This document shows, in pieces, positions 19,333-28,890 of a DNA stretch of 64,000 nt (the stretch's first letter is position 1; each line of letters starts with the position of its first letter). A program made the position numbers and the translations under genes. The stretch is from a virus. The DNA lies in IMG/VR virus record IMGVR_UViG_3300005323_000046, positions 1 through 64,000 of that record. One strand, 5' to 3'. The notes below the pieces were generated by a model. It did no database searches and was not told the DNA's origin. It saw only the letters and a program-made list of their open reading frames with translations.

Positions 19333-19778
19333 AAATGGGTACCAATTTTTATACCTTGGAGGGTAAACATCTTGGAAAAAGGTCGGCAGCGGGACTCTTT
19401 TGTTGGACCTGTAAGAAGTCCCTAAGAATTGGAGGAGAATCCTTGGTACATACTTCCAGAGCCGATCTATTTGATGTCGAAGCCCATAAAAGGGAGTGGT
19501 ATAACAAATGCTCCATCTGCGGTGATGTCCCACAAAATGAAGGCTGGGATAATAGTTCTGTTGGAAGGGAGTTAGGATTCAATAAGGAACCTTACGGGGA
19601 AAAGACCGGAGTTTCTTCTTGTTCTTCTTTTACGTGGGCGGTTCGAGAATCAAGTTTAAATAGATTGAAGTATGTAAAAGATGAGTATGGGAGAAAATTT
19701 ACTATTGCGGAATTTAGGAAAATCCTTGAAGAGTGTCCTATACAATTTTTTGACTTAATAGGTACAGATTTTTGTTAG
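19290..19778 (+). CDS. Cys-rich hypothetical protein
   Basis: 162-aa ORF. Confidence 0.4.
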   Translation: MGIYRVTVGSGDRLKMGTNFYTLEGKHLGKRSAAGLFCWTCKKSLRIGGESLVHTSRADLFDVEAHKREWYNKCSICGDVPQNEGWDNSSVGRELGFNKEPYGEKTGVSSCSSFTWAVRESSLNRLKYVKDEYGRKFTIAEFRKILEECPIQFFDLIGTDFC

Positions 19779-19787
19779 AGGTGTTTC

Positions 19788-19967
19788 ATGAAGAAATTTG
19801 TAGTAGCCGAATCCACAGATGATATGTGTGGGGTAGAATTGGTTGAGGAAGATGGATTTGTGGTTTTGAAGGATGTCGATACTGAATATCCCAGGGAAAA
19901 TTACCTTATTCATATAGAAGATATTTCCAAGTTGATTGAAGGGCTGAAGTATTTCATGGAGGATTGA
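19788..19967 (+). CDS. small protein, paralogue of the N-terminal domain of the next gene (59 aa; not in the ORF track)
   Basis: MKKFVVAESTDDMCGVELVEEDGFVVLKD..ISKLIEGLKYF versus MKRFVVAEETKDEIGMEIVDDGDAILLRD..IPKLIEGLKLF. Confidence 0.45.
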   Translation: MKKFVVAESTDDMCGVELVEEDGFVVLKDVDTEYPRENYLIHIEDISKLIEGLKYFMED

Positions 19968-19969
19968 TT

Positions 19970-20512
19970 ATGAAGAGATTTGTGGTAGCCGAAGAAACTA
20001 AAGATGAGATAGGAATGGAAATTGTTGATGATGGAGACGCTATACTCCTGCGGGATATTGATGAAATAGATGGAATAAGTGAGGATGAGTATATTGTTCC
20101 AAAATTAGATATTCCTAAGTTGATCGAGGGATTAAAACTATTTACAGAAAATGGAACAACTCGCGAGGAGTTTATTGCCGCCGTCAGACACATTGGATGG
20201 GTTTACTATCAAATAGCGGCAAACCAACCATATAATGAGATCATCAATAAGGATCAGATGGAAAGCCTATTAAATGGTATCAAATACGCAGATGAACATC
20301 CCGATATAACTCCAGAGGAAAATCACAATAATTGGATGAAAGAAAAAACAAGACAGGGATGGGTATATGGTCCAGTTAAAGATTTCGAGAAGAAAATTCA
20401 TCCCGATCTAGTGCCATTTGATCAACTTCCGGATATTGAGAAACGAAAAGATATCGCTGATTATGTGGGGCATAGAATGGCCGTAGATCTTTGGAAACGA
20501 ATGGAGATTTAA
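19970..20512 (+). CDS. RyR-domain protein (start at the ATG at 19970)
   Basis: C-terminal WMKEKTRQGWVYGP..DLVPFDQLPDIEKRKDIADYV resembles the phage/bacterial RyR domain; GGAGGA 6 nt upstream of the ATG. Confidence 0.45.
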   Translation: MKRFVVAEETKDEIGMEIVDDGDAILLRDIDEIDGISEDEYIVPKLDIPKLIEGLKLFTENGTTREEFIAAVRHIGWVYYQIAANQPYNEIINKDQMESLLNGIKYADEHPDITPEENHNNWMKEKTRQGWVYGPVKDFEKKIHPDLVPFDQLPDIEKRKDIADYVGHRMAVDLWKRMEI

Positions 20513-20823
20513 GCATGATTCTAAGCAAGTCCAGTGAGATGGAACTGTTTAATTTTTTAGAACGCTGCAACTCTGATTCTATTTTAGTTATATCCGGACC
20601 AGTAGCAACAGGTAAAACTCTTCTCAAAATTTTAATAACAACATACTTGCCCGTTCCTATGGGTGTTAAATATGTTGAAATAGTTTCAAGCGGAAGAGTT
20701 TTCTCGGACGGTCAAAATGTATTTGTAATTAATTTGATGAAACCTATAACAGAAATGATTCCATTTTTTAATATAAAAGATGGTTTTTTGAAGCATATGA
20801 GGTCAATAGGTGTAAATGTATGA
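20491..20823 (+). CDS. small P-loop protein
   Basis: Walker-A-like SGPVATGKTLL. Confidence 0.35.
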   Translation: METNGDLSMILSKSSEMELFNFLERCNSDSILVISGPVATGKTLLKILITTYLPVPMGVKYVEIVSSGRVFSDGQNVFVINLMKPITEMIPFFNIKDGFLKHMRSIGVNV

Positions 20824-21401
20824 TTCTAAGTGGTCAGGATATTAAAAAGTATGGTCTTCTTCTTAATGCTGAAGATTCTAACATGCAGGCGCAGGGATGG
20901 GACGTAAGACTTGATAAGGTTTACAGATGTGTAAATAAACATTGGGGCTTAAAGATTAAAGAAGAAGATTATGTGGAGCCGATTATGGCTCACGAGAGAT
21001 TCTTTAAACAAAATTGTATAGCTCAAGTCTGGGATGACAACGAAAATCTTCTTTATTATTGGATTCCACCTGAGTCTTCAGTTCTTTTTAAGTTGATGGA
21101 GACGGTGGATCTGAGACCAAGAGAAGAGTATTGCCAAGGTTATTTAGAGCAAGTTCATTATTTCAACGCCCTTGTTCTCCCCAAATCTTCCCTCTCGCGC
21201 AGAGGTATCAGTGTTCATTCTGCATGGTGGGACGCAGGGTATAAGGGATCTGGGGTTGTACTCGTAAGGACTTCTGGAGTCCCTCTACAAATTAAACCTG
21301 GAGATTCTTTTGGACAAATGATCTTTTTCGAAGGAACTCCTACAGATAGTGTCTATAATGGACAATATCAGGGAGAAGGATTAAATAGTATTAAGGTGTA
21401 G
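20820..21401 (+). CDS. dCTP deaminase/dUTPase superfamily protein
   Basis: WWDAGYKGSGVVLV and PGDSFGQMIFF resemble the dUTPase-fold motif; N-terminus MILSGQDIKKY. Confidence 0.55.
   Translation: MILSGQDIKKYGLLLNAEDSNMQAQGWDVRLDKVYRCVNKHWGLKIKEEDYVEPIMAHERFFKQNCIAQVWDDNENLLYYWIPPESSVLFKLMETVDLRPREEYCQGYLEQVHYFNALVLPKSSLSRRGISVHSAWWDAGYKGSGVVLVRTSGVPLQIKPGDSFGQMIFFEGTPTDSVYNGQYQGEGLNSIKV
21383..21396 (+). promoter_or_regulatory. promoter-like motif AAATAGTATTAAGG
   Basis: Recurrent motif 30 nt upstream of the 21427 ATG. Confidence 0.45.
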
Positions 21402-21426
21402 TTGAGCTTGTAAAGAGGAGATTAAT

Positions 21427-22320
21427 ATGGAAATATTTGAAGTATTGGTTTGGATAATTGCCATTATATTCCTCGTAGGAGGATTTATGGCTCTTATGGC
21501 ATCTAGCGTAAAGTTCGTAAGACCAACTCATAGGGCTCTTATCGAGAGGTTCGGAAAGTTTAGTAGATATGCTGAATCCGGACTGGTTATTTGCGTACCA
21601 ATTATCGAGAGAATTCGACTTGTTAATGTAACCGAGAAGATGGTTACTTGTCAGCGACAGGAAGTAATTACGGGAGACAATCTTAATGCTGGTGTATCTG
21701 CTCAGGTTTATTACAAAATTAAGGGAGACGAAAAGAGCGTTAAGAATTCTCAATATAATGTAGATGATATTCAAGTACAGATAGTTTCTCTTGCTCAGAC
21801 AACTCTCAGGAATGTAGTAGGAAGCCTAACCTTGAGAGAGGCTAATAGTAAAAGAGCGGAGCTTAATACGAAGTTGCGGGATACTATAACAAGTGAAACT
21901 GAAGGTTGGGGTATAGAAGTGGTAAGAACTGAGATTGCCGAAATTGATGCCCCTAAAGATGTTCAGGCGGCTATGAATGAGATCGTCAAGGCCGAGTCTG
22001 AAAAGAGAGCCGCAATTGATTTTGCAACAGCAGTTGAGACTCAAGCTGATGGAGAAAAGAGGGCAGAAGTTAAGAAGGCTGAAGGTCGCGCACAAGCAGT
22101 AACAATTGAGGCTAATGCAAAGGCTGATGCTATTACAAAGGTTAACACCGCAGTGAATGAAACATTTAAGGGTCCTGCGGTAACATTTAAGCAACTTGAG
22201 GTTGGTCAAGAGATTTTTAGAAATAACTCTAAGATCATAGTTCCTCAAGGAACTAACGTGACCACTCTTGTATCGGATCTGACGGGTTCAGAGAAAATTG
22301 TGCCATTGGGTGGGAAGTAA
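21427..22320 (+). CDS. SPFH/Band-7 (stomatin/prohibitin-like) membrane protein
   Basis: N-terminal transmembrane segment followed by an SPFH core (..VTCQRQEVITGDNLNAGVSAQVYYKI..) and a charged coiled-coil tail. Confidence 0.75.
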   Translation: MEIFEVLVWIIAIIFLVGGFMALMASSVKFVRPTHRALIERFGKFSRYAESGLVICVPIIERIRLVNVTEKMVTCQRQEVITGDNLNAGVSAQVYYKIKGDEKSVKNSQYNVDDIQVQIVSLAQTTLRNVVGSLTLREANSKRAELNTKLRDTITSETEGWGIEVVRTEIAEIDAPKDVQAAMNEIVKAESEKRAAIDFATAVETQADGEKRAEVKKAEGRAQAVTIEANAKADAITKVNTAVNETFKGPAVTFKQLEVGQEIFRNNSKIIVPQGTNVTTLVSDLTGSEKIVPLGGK

Positions 22321-22567
22321 TCCTCCCCATTTGACTTTTATGCCCACTCTTGAAGATGGTGTTACTATAATTCCAACAGGCCGTCCTTGTTGGGGTTGTA
22401 TAGATCTTTTAACAGAAAGAATCCCGATGGTGGGAGAAGATTTTTATTGTATCGCCGACTGGCGCGAGCTATGTCCTCCCGTTCTCATTGGAAGAATAAG
22501 AAAAATAATGGATGGATGTATAGTCCCAAGAGAGCTTAAAAAGGGGTGCTGCCGTGGAAAACAATGA
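22298..22567 (+). CDS. hypothetical protein
   Basis: 89-aa ORF overlapping the upstream gene. Confidence 0.3.
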   Translation: MCHWVGSNPPHLTFMPTLEDGVTIIPTGRPCWGCIDLLTERIPMVGEDFYCIADWRELCPPVLIGRIRKIMDGCIVPRELKKGCCRGKQ

Positions 22568-22928
22568 ACCTTACTTTATTTATACTCATGATGAAGATAG
22601 ACTAGAAAGAGAATTTGAGATTACAGATATAGATAATTTTTTAGAAAATCAGGAGAATCTTCCTGGATTGGTCCTTGAATTGCAAGAAAAGGTTGCTTTT
22701 CAGAAAGATCTTAAAACTGGAATTGAACTTGGTGTAATTAAGTGTATAAACAAGAATACAGAGCAGAATATTACCAAAGATGAAATAGCATATCTTGACA
22801 CGGCAATTTTCAACAATTTAAGGACAATTAGAATGATCAGAAAACGTCTAGGGTGGAGTCCCGAGCCAGAGATAAAGACAACAATTTTGAAAACGGATAT
22901 TTTGAAGAGCAAAAGGGGAATGAATTAA
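22554..22928 (+). CDS. hypothetical protein
   Basis: 124-aa ORF. Confidence 0.4.
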   Translation: MENNEPYFIYTHDEDRLEREFEITDIDNFLENQENLPGLVLELQEKVAFQKDLKTGIELGVIKCINKNTEQNITKDEIAYLDTAIFNNLRTIRMIRKRLGWSPEPEIKTTILKTDILKSKRGMN

Positions 22929-22945
22929 GTATAAATAGTAGTAAG
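22929..22945 (+). promoter_or_regulatory. promoter-like motif GTATAAATAGTAGTAAG
   Basis: Identical to the copy at 17531; GGAGGAG and the ligase ATG follow. Confidence 0.5.
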
Positions 22946-22978
22946 ACAGAGATGAAAGTGGAGGAGACTTAGAAATTT

Positions 22979-23938
22979 ATGGAAATTTTACAAATCGAAC
23001 CCGGAAAGGCGCGTGGTGCGTTTAAAGAGAGAATGTGGACTTCAGACCAATTCGTTGCTCAAAAAAAGTACGACGGAACAAGAGCATTAATGCATTGCGG
23101 TCTTGATGGTAACAGATTTACGAGTCGTCATATATCTAAGAAGGATGGGAACTACGTAGAAAAAACTGATAATTTTCCGCATTTAAAAAATATTTTTATC
23201 CAAAATGGGCTGGAAATTGAATGTGAGGGATGTATTTTTGACGGGGAGCTGATTACTGGGAAAAATGTCATGGATGTAACCCGCATTACGGGTTCACTTC
23301 CAGAACGTGCCATTCAGATTCAAAACGAGTGTGGTTGGCTCTCCTACGTAGTTTTCGATGTCCTTTTTGATAAGGGTGTAGATATCAGAGAAAAACCCTA
23401 TTCTTATCGACGGGATGTTTTGAAAGGATATTTGGCAGATTTAAATTTGGAACACCTTATCGTAGCTGAAGATGTCGAATCTAGGAAGAAGGAATTCTTT
23501 GAGGAAATTCTTGATTCTGGGGGAGAGGGAATCATTTTAAAAGACAAAATGGCGATTTACGGTAAAAATTGGGCTAAAGTCAAGCGAAAGGCCACATTTG
23601 ATGTAATTATCACGGGTTACGAAGACCCAACCAGGATTACAAGGAAATCTTCAGGAGAAGAGTCTACCTCTCGGCTCTATGAAAATGGCTGGATCGGAGC
23701 TATTGTATTTGGTCAATATTTCCAGGGAAAACTTGTTAATTTTGGTTCCTGCTCTGGTATGGATGACGCTCTTAGAGAGGAAATTAGCCTTAATAAGGAG
23801 AAATATATTGGAAAAGTTATAGAAGTTGAGTGTCAAGAAAGAATACCCAAAACGGGCCGTCTAAGACATCCCCGATTCTTGAGATTTAGACCGGATAAAA
23901 ATCCTGAAGATTGCGTATACCGAGTTAACGAGACGTAG
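22979..23938 (+). CDS. ATP-dependent DNA ligase
   Basis: Motif I KKYDGTR, motif III FDGELI, motif IV EGIILKD, motif V WAKVKRK. Confidence 0.85.
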   Translation: MEILQIEPGKARGAFKERMWTSDQFVAQKKYDGTRALMHCGLDGNRFTSRHISKKDGNYVEKTDNFPHLKNIFIQNGLEIECEGCIFDGELITGKNVMDVTRITGSLPERAIQIQNECGWLSYVVFDVLFDKGVDIREKPYSYRRDVLKGYLADLNLEHLIVAEDVESRKKEFFEEILDSGGEGIILKDKMAIYGKNWAKVKRKATFDVIITGYEDPTRITRKSSGEESTSRLYENGWIGAIVFGQYFQGKLVNFGSCSGMDDALREEISLNKEKYIGKVIEVECQERIPKTGRLRHPRFLRFRPDKNPEDCVYRVNET

Positions 23939-23984
23939 CATGAACAAAGTGAATGCGAGTAGGTCCAACGAGAGTTGATTCTAA

Positions 23985-24317
23985 ATGAAATTAATTTTAT
24001 CTATTTTTATAATTTCTATAATGGTACTACAGGTGACTTCTGCACTTCCAACAGACGAGGGTCCCATAGAAATTACAGTGAAAGATAAGTGGACAAAAGT
24101 AATTTCTGATGGAAAATCTATAACCGGGTTATACCTTTTCTCGGATGTAAATAACAAAGTATATTTTATTCAAGATACCTGGTGGCATATGGATTTTAGC
24201 GCCGCGAATAGGTATGCCCAGATTGAAGTGGGCAAGACTTATAAAATGTGGTTTTTTGGACTAAGAATTCCATTTTTCAGTATGTATCAAAACGCATACA
24301 GAATTGAGGAATCTTAA
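23985..24317 (+). CDS. secreted protein
   Basis: Signal peptide MKLILSIFIISIMVLQVTSA. Confidence 0.4.
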   Translation: MKLILSIFIISIMVLQVTSALPTDEGPIEITVKDKWTKVISDGKSITGLYLFSDVNNKVYFIQDTWWHMDFSAANRYAQIEVGKTYKMWFFGLRIPFFSMYQNAYRIEES

Positions 24318-24362
24318 AATGCACGAAACGTGTATCATTAGTTTATCGGGAGAGGTTTTAAA

Positions 24363-24689
24363 ATGAACGGGAACTCGGTGTCGGTGGTCCTACTATTTAT
24401 TTTTGGATTGTTGTTAGGAGCTATGATTGGTTACGAACTTTCCTTTCAAGAAAATTACAATGAGAGCTACGAAATTGGTTATCAAGAAGGAATTACTTAT
24501 CAAGCTCAGGTAGATGTGTCTAATATTGTTCTAGGTTTAGTTTATATTCCAAATTCTGGATATTACATTGTTAACCAGAATTATGGGAATTTTAAAGTAA
24601 ATACAACTAGTCAAGTAGAAGCGATAGGTTATTTATCGAATGAAATTTCACCGTGCGAAGAAATACAGATTAATAGTTCTATGATGTGA
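24363..24689 (+). CDS. membrane-anchored protein
   Basis: N-terminal transmembrane segment VSVVLLFIFGLLLGAMIG. Confidence 0.4.
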   Translation: MNGNSVSVVLLFIFGLLLGAMIGYELSFQENYNESYEIGYQEGITYQAQVDVSNIVLGLVYIPNSGYYIVNQNYGNFKVNTTSQVEAIGYLSNEISPCEEIQINSSMM

Positions 24690-24698
24690 GGTGTTATT

Positions 24699-25055
24699 AT
24701 GCCAACTAACCAAGAAATAGAAGAAATTTATGGGAAGAAAGGCGCTCTTAGAGAAAAGTTGTTCACTGCTAACGAAAAAGTCCTAGAAACTAGTTCGTTA
24801 CTTAAAACTAGAAAGGCTTATATCATAAGCACAACAGATAAGAAAACTTTGGGAACAAACGACAAAGAAAGAGAAGCGTATATTTTGGAGCATACCAGAG
24901 ATATTTTTGATGAACTTGAGGAATTAGAATCAGAGAAAAGATCTCTTGATTTGGAATATTCATTAATTTGTGATAAGATAGAATGTTTCCAGTGGCAGAT
25001 TAGGAATGAGCAGGCCGCGGCAGATTGTGAAGCACAAAGATTGGGTGTGATTTAA
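24699..25055 (+). CDS. hypothetical protein
   Basis: 118-aa ORF. Confidence 0.4.
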   Translation: MPTNQEIEEIYGKKGALREKLFTANEKVLETSSLLKTRKAYIISTTDKKTLGTNDKEREAYILEHTRDIFDELEELESEKRSLDLEYSLICDKIECFQWQIRNEQAAADCEAQRLGVI

Positions 25056-25259
25056 ATGATAGATGAATCTACTAAAAACAGGATCAATGATATGAATTAT
25101 GAGCAAATGCTAAGGAAATGGAGATTTGCTCCCATAGGAGACCCTCTTTTCCAGGGAGAGGCGGGAGATTATTTTGCAGAGAGGATGAAATTTAAAAAAT
25201 TGCAATTGACAGATGGGGAACAGGTCCAGATCAGCAAAGAGATTGGATGGACGCGGTAA
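25056..25259 (+). CDS. hypothetical protein
   Basis: 67-aa ORF starting right after the upstream stop. Confidence 0.35.
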   Translation: MIDESTKNRINDMNYEQMLRKWRFAPIGDPLFQGEAGDYFAERMKFKKLQLTDGEQVQISKEIGWTR

Positions 25260-25523
25260 TGTGGCTCCTTTTGCCGCGATTGCTCCATTTCTATTTTTGG
25301 AAAGGATTTCAGGCATAATAGTATTGGAAGATTTAGTTTGGAACTTTGTGAAGGATGTGGAGAAACGATATGGGCTGATTGGGCAGGTAGGAGATGGGAC
25401 AAGAATTATCGAGATTGGATTAAGGAGATAACGCTGTAGAATTCTAAACTCTGAGCGACAAGTATTTAACACTGTAAAACCATCTTGAAGGCTGCCCGAA
25501 AAATTAGGTAAAGGACTATTTCA

Positions 25524-25946
25524 ATGAAATTTAAATGCGCAGGAATTACGGATTCTGTGAATGATGCTCCGGGGAAGATCGGTTTGGATGTGTTTTTTCA
25601 AGGATGTTCCCTTGAGTGCAAAGGGTGTCAGAATCCAGAGTTGCAGGACCCTAATGGGGGATTTGATCTAGATACGGATGAAATAATAGATCATCTGGAG
25701 CAACACAAGGATTTTTACCAAGCCCTTGTTTTCCTCGGAGGCGAACCGTTAGAACAGATTGATGCGCTGTTTGGCCTCGCGTCTAGATCTGGTTTGTATA
25801 ACGTCCTTTATACGGGCTGGCTACATGAGGAAATCCCACTAGATATTAGGAAAGTTATGAATATGATCATAGACGGACCTTATATTGAAGAATTAAAAAC
25901 GGGCAGATTTCCAGCAAGTGAGAATCAGAGAATTTATTTAAAGTAG
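25524..25946 (+). CDS. nrdG: anaerobic ribonucleotide reductase activating protein (radical SAM), copy 1
   Basis: FFQGCSLECKGCQNPEL (CxxxCxxC-N) and GGEPL; located immediately upstream of nrdD. Confidence 0.7.
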   Translation: MKFKCAGITDSVNDAPGKIGLDVFFQGCSLECKGCQNPELQDPNGGFDLDTDEIIDHLEQHKDFYQALVFLGGEPLEQIDALFGLASRSGLYNVLYTGWLHEEIPLDIRKVMNMIIDGPYIEELKTGRFPASENQRIYLK

Positions 25947-25957
25947 GTGTATAAATA

Positions 25958-27838
25958 ATGTTTATTGAAAACATATTTAGTGACGAATTTGACGACTGGT
26001 ATAATAAATTTAATCAGACAAAAAAAGGAAAAGAACTTTTAGATGTTGAGGGAATTTCCAGAAGGTGCCTTGATGTCGGTTCAATGTCACATTCATACTT
26101 TACAAAAAAGTTTATAGATGAAACGATAGATAGTAATGCAAATGCAGGAGAAAATCTTAGTCCAAATGCATATACGAGCGAGATTGTAAAAGGGGTTCAA
26201 AAATTAGAGGGATTTTATTTATTACACAGATATGCTTCTAGAAGATTTGGATTAGATAGGGCAAACCATCTTTTAAATTCTATTCTTAAGGGAAATATAT
26301 ATTTTCATGACTCTAGTGGTGGAGGAATACAAATGCCCTACTGCACGTCGATAAGTACATTTTCTCTTATGGTGGAGGGTAGACCTTATGGATCTCTTCA
26401 TAGTCTCCCAGCTAAACGGGCTGATAGTTTCATGGCGCAGGCTACGGAAATGGTCATGGATTTATCGCAATGCTTCGCGGGAGCGGTAGCTCTTGGGGAC
26501 GTTTTTATAAACTACGCCTGGTTTGCAAAAAAAGAAAATCTCCCTGACAAACAAATATTAAATGATTGGCAAAAAATAGTTCACGTAGTAAACAATTCTT
26601 TTCGAGTTGGTGGCCAGAGCCCGTTTACGAATTTTAGTTTATTTGATCGACCCAATCTAGAAAAGATTTTTGAGCATTATAGATATCCAGACGGATCTTC
26701 TGTCGATATTGAATATGTAATGCACATTCAAAAATTGTTTGCGAGTTGGTTTTCTAAGGGAGACCCCGCTAGTGGTTTTGTCTACAGATTTCCAATTGTA
26801 ACAGTGAATTTTTATCGATCAGAAGACAACGAGATCGTTGATAAAGATTTTTTAAATTTTATTTCTGACGCTAATTTAAAAAAAGGCTGTTTCAATATTT
26901 ATATAAATTCTGGAAATAAAATAGCCAGTTGTTGTCGCTTGGTCAATGACGAAGAGAGAATGCAAGTAAAGGTGGATACTTTTGGGAATGGGTCAATGAA
27001 TATGGGCTCCCATCGCGTGGTTACCCTTAATTTACCAAGACTCGCTCTTGAATCAAACGGAAATGAGGAAAGGTTATTTATCCTGCTTCAAAATAGATTG
27101 GAAGATATAAGGGATCTTCTTCAGGTTCATCGAGAAGATATAATTAAACGAAGAATTAATGCAGGATTTTTACAGTTTTTTAAACCCCTTGGATGGTTAA
27201 ATCTTAATAGGTATTTTTCAACCATAGGAATAATTGGTGTGTATGAGTTAAACAAATTAATGGGGCTCGATATAAAGTCTAATGAGGGAGTAAAGTTTAC
27301 TACAAAAGTTCTTAATTATATTGAAGAGTTCGCTCTAAAAACAAGTAAAGATCAAAAATGCAGCATGAATGTAGAGGAAATCCCCGGAGAATCGGTATCG
27401 GGGAAGCTATGTCAAAAAGATAAAATTCTTTTTGGGGAAGAAAATGTTCCGTTTGAGATGTACTCTAACCAATATGTTCCTTTAATTGAAAAGGTATCTT
27501 TGCCTGAAAGAATCATTACTACCGGGAAATTTATGGAAATTTTAAGCGGCGGCGGGATCTTGCACCTTAATATGGCAGAAGAAATTAAAGATCCCGCGGT
27601 CATGAGAGATCTTATTCTTTATGCAGTGAAAAATGGAGTCGGACATCTTTGTATAAATTATGGTTTCGGAACTTGTAAAAACGGCCATACGACTATATGT
27701 GGAAATACCGTAAAATGCTCGGTATGCGGAGAAAATATCGACGACTATGTTACTCGTGTGGTCGGCTACTTTGCCCACGTATCTAACTGGCAGCGGACCC
27801 GTCGTGAGTATGAGTTTCCGAGGAGGGTTTTTATTTAA
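25958..27838 (+). CDS. nrdD: anaerobic ribonucleoside-triphosphate reductase (class III)
   Basis: 626 aa; C-terminal zinc ribbon CGNTVKCSVCGEN followed by the glycyl-radical motif RVVGYF. Confidence 0.85.
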   Translation: MFIENIFSDEFDDWYNKFNQTKKGKELLDVEGISRRCLDVGSMSHSYFTKKFIDETIDSNANAGENLSPNAYTSEIVKGVQKLEGFYLLHRYASRRFGLDRANHLLNSILKGNIYFHDSSGGGIQMPYCTSISTFSLMVEGRPYGSLHSLPAKRADSFMAQATEMVMDLSQCFAGAVALGDVFINYAWFAKKENLPDKQILNDWQKIVHVVNNSFRVGGQSPFTNFSLFDRPNLEKIFEHYRYPDGSSVDIEYVMHIQKLFASWFSKGDPASGFVYRFPIVTVNFYRSEDNEIVDKDFLNFISDANLKKGCFNIYINSGNKIASCCRLVNDEERMQVKVDTFGNGSMNMGSHRVVTLNLPRLALESNGNEERLFILLQNRLEDIRDLLQVHREDIIKRRINAGFLQFFKPLGWLNLNRYFSTIGIIGVYELNKLMGLDIKSNEGVKFTTKVLNYIEEFALKTSKDQKCSMNVEEIPGESVSGKLCQKDKILFGEENVPFEMYSNQYVPLIEKVSLPERIITTGKFMEILSGGGILHLNMAEEIKDPAVMRDLILYAVKNGVGHLCINYGFGTCKNGHTTICGNTVKCSVCGENIDDYVTRVVGYFAHVSNWQRTRREYEFPRRVFI

Positions 27839-27900
27839 TTCATTATTTTAAATTGTGGTACTAAACAGATGTAAGGATTTCAAGTCTTACAGGTGGTTAT

Positions 27901-28890
27901 ATGTACAAGACTTGGACTCCCGAAGAAGAAAGTTTGATGTTTGATTTATATGAAGAATTGGGCGCAATCAAAATGGTTGATTTGCTTCCTTTTCATAGTT
28001 ATGCCGCAATTCGAGGAAAGGCCCGATCATTAAATCTAGTTCAGCACTTTCCCGGACCTTGGACCCAAGAGGAGAAAGAAATTTTGCTAGAAAATTATCG
28101 AGATATGGGACCCAGAGAAATTCAGAAACTTTTACCCAGAAGGAGTTATGGGTCAATTGCGAATTTCGCTGGAGATCTCGGACTACAAGATCCGGCGAGA
28201 AAGTATTTTCCTCGTGAGGATGCTTTTGATGAAATAAATGAATATAGTGCGTATTGGATGGGATTTTTAGCTGCGGACGGGTATATAACTCCCGACGGAA
28301 GATCAATTAGTTTAGGGTTGGCAATTTGTGATATCAAACATGTTGAAAAATTCAGAGACTGGATTTCTCCCGAATCTCCAGTACAAACCTATTCTGAAAC
28401 CGCATCTGTTAGAATAAATAGTGTTAAATTGGTCGAGAAATTGATTTCTTATGGAATTAAAAACAGAAAAAGTTGGGATCTAGATTATCCGAAAAATTTT
28501 CCGAGAGAATACAATAGGCATTTCTTGAGAGGATTTACAGACGGGGACGGATCGCTATATATATTTAAAACTCAAAAGAAAAACGGGACAAATTATTACG
28601 AGACTATCGCCTGGAACGTGTCCGGAACATACGAAATGATTTCTTCTATAATAAATATCCTGAAGGAAGATTTGGGTATTGATACAAACATAAGTGAGAT
28701 TAAGAAGACAAACCTTGAAACAAAAAAATACTTTGTATTATCTAGATCTCGATTGGTTGGAGAGAAAGCAGATAAACTTTTAGGATGGATGTATGACGAC
28801 GCTAACATATTTTTGGACAGAAAAAAAATATTGTATGAAAACTGGAAAAAAACAGCGACATGTAAATGGAGAAGCGGACAATTATGTTAG
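27901..28890 (+). CDS. free-standing LAGLIDADG homing endonuclease
   Basis: Two LAGLIDADG motifs (GFLAADGYI, GFTDGDGSL); N-terminal duplicated helix-turn-helix-like repeat WTxEE..L..Y...G...LLP.RSY..I...A..LGL. Confidence 0.7.
   Translation: MYKTWTPEEESLMFDLYEELGAIKMVDLLPFHSYAAIRGKARSLNLVQHFPGPWTQEEKEILLENYRDMGPREIQKLLPRRSYGSIANFAGDLGLQDPARKYFPREDAFDEINEYSAYWMGFLAADGYITPDGRSISLGLAICDIKHVEKFRDWISPESPVQTYSETASVRINSVKLVEKLISYGIKNRKSWDLDYPKNFPREYNRHFLRGFTDGDGSLYIFKTQKKNGTNYYETIAWNVSGTYEMISSIINILKEDLGIDTNISEIKKTNLETKKYFVLSRSRLVGEKADKLLGWMYDDANIFLDRKKILYENWKKTATCKWRSGQLC

Noticed and set aside
21826-22248. 140-aa minus-strand Cys-rich ORF inside the SPFH gene
   Set aside because: Antisense to a clear SPFH/Band-7 protein; low-complexity translation.
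17531-22945. Inferring that the phage is T4-like from the TATAAATA-containing motif
   Set aside because: The gene content (Pol III alpha replicase, TnpB, radical-SAM cassette) is not T4-like. The resemblance is limited to an AT-rich promoter core and could be convergent.
27860-27900. Hairpin TGTAAG-N10-CTTACA after nrdD as an intrinsic terminator
   Set aside because: 6-bp AT-rich stem, 10-nt loop, no downstream U-tract, and a gene starts immediately after. More likely incidental.
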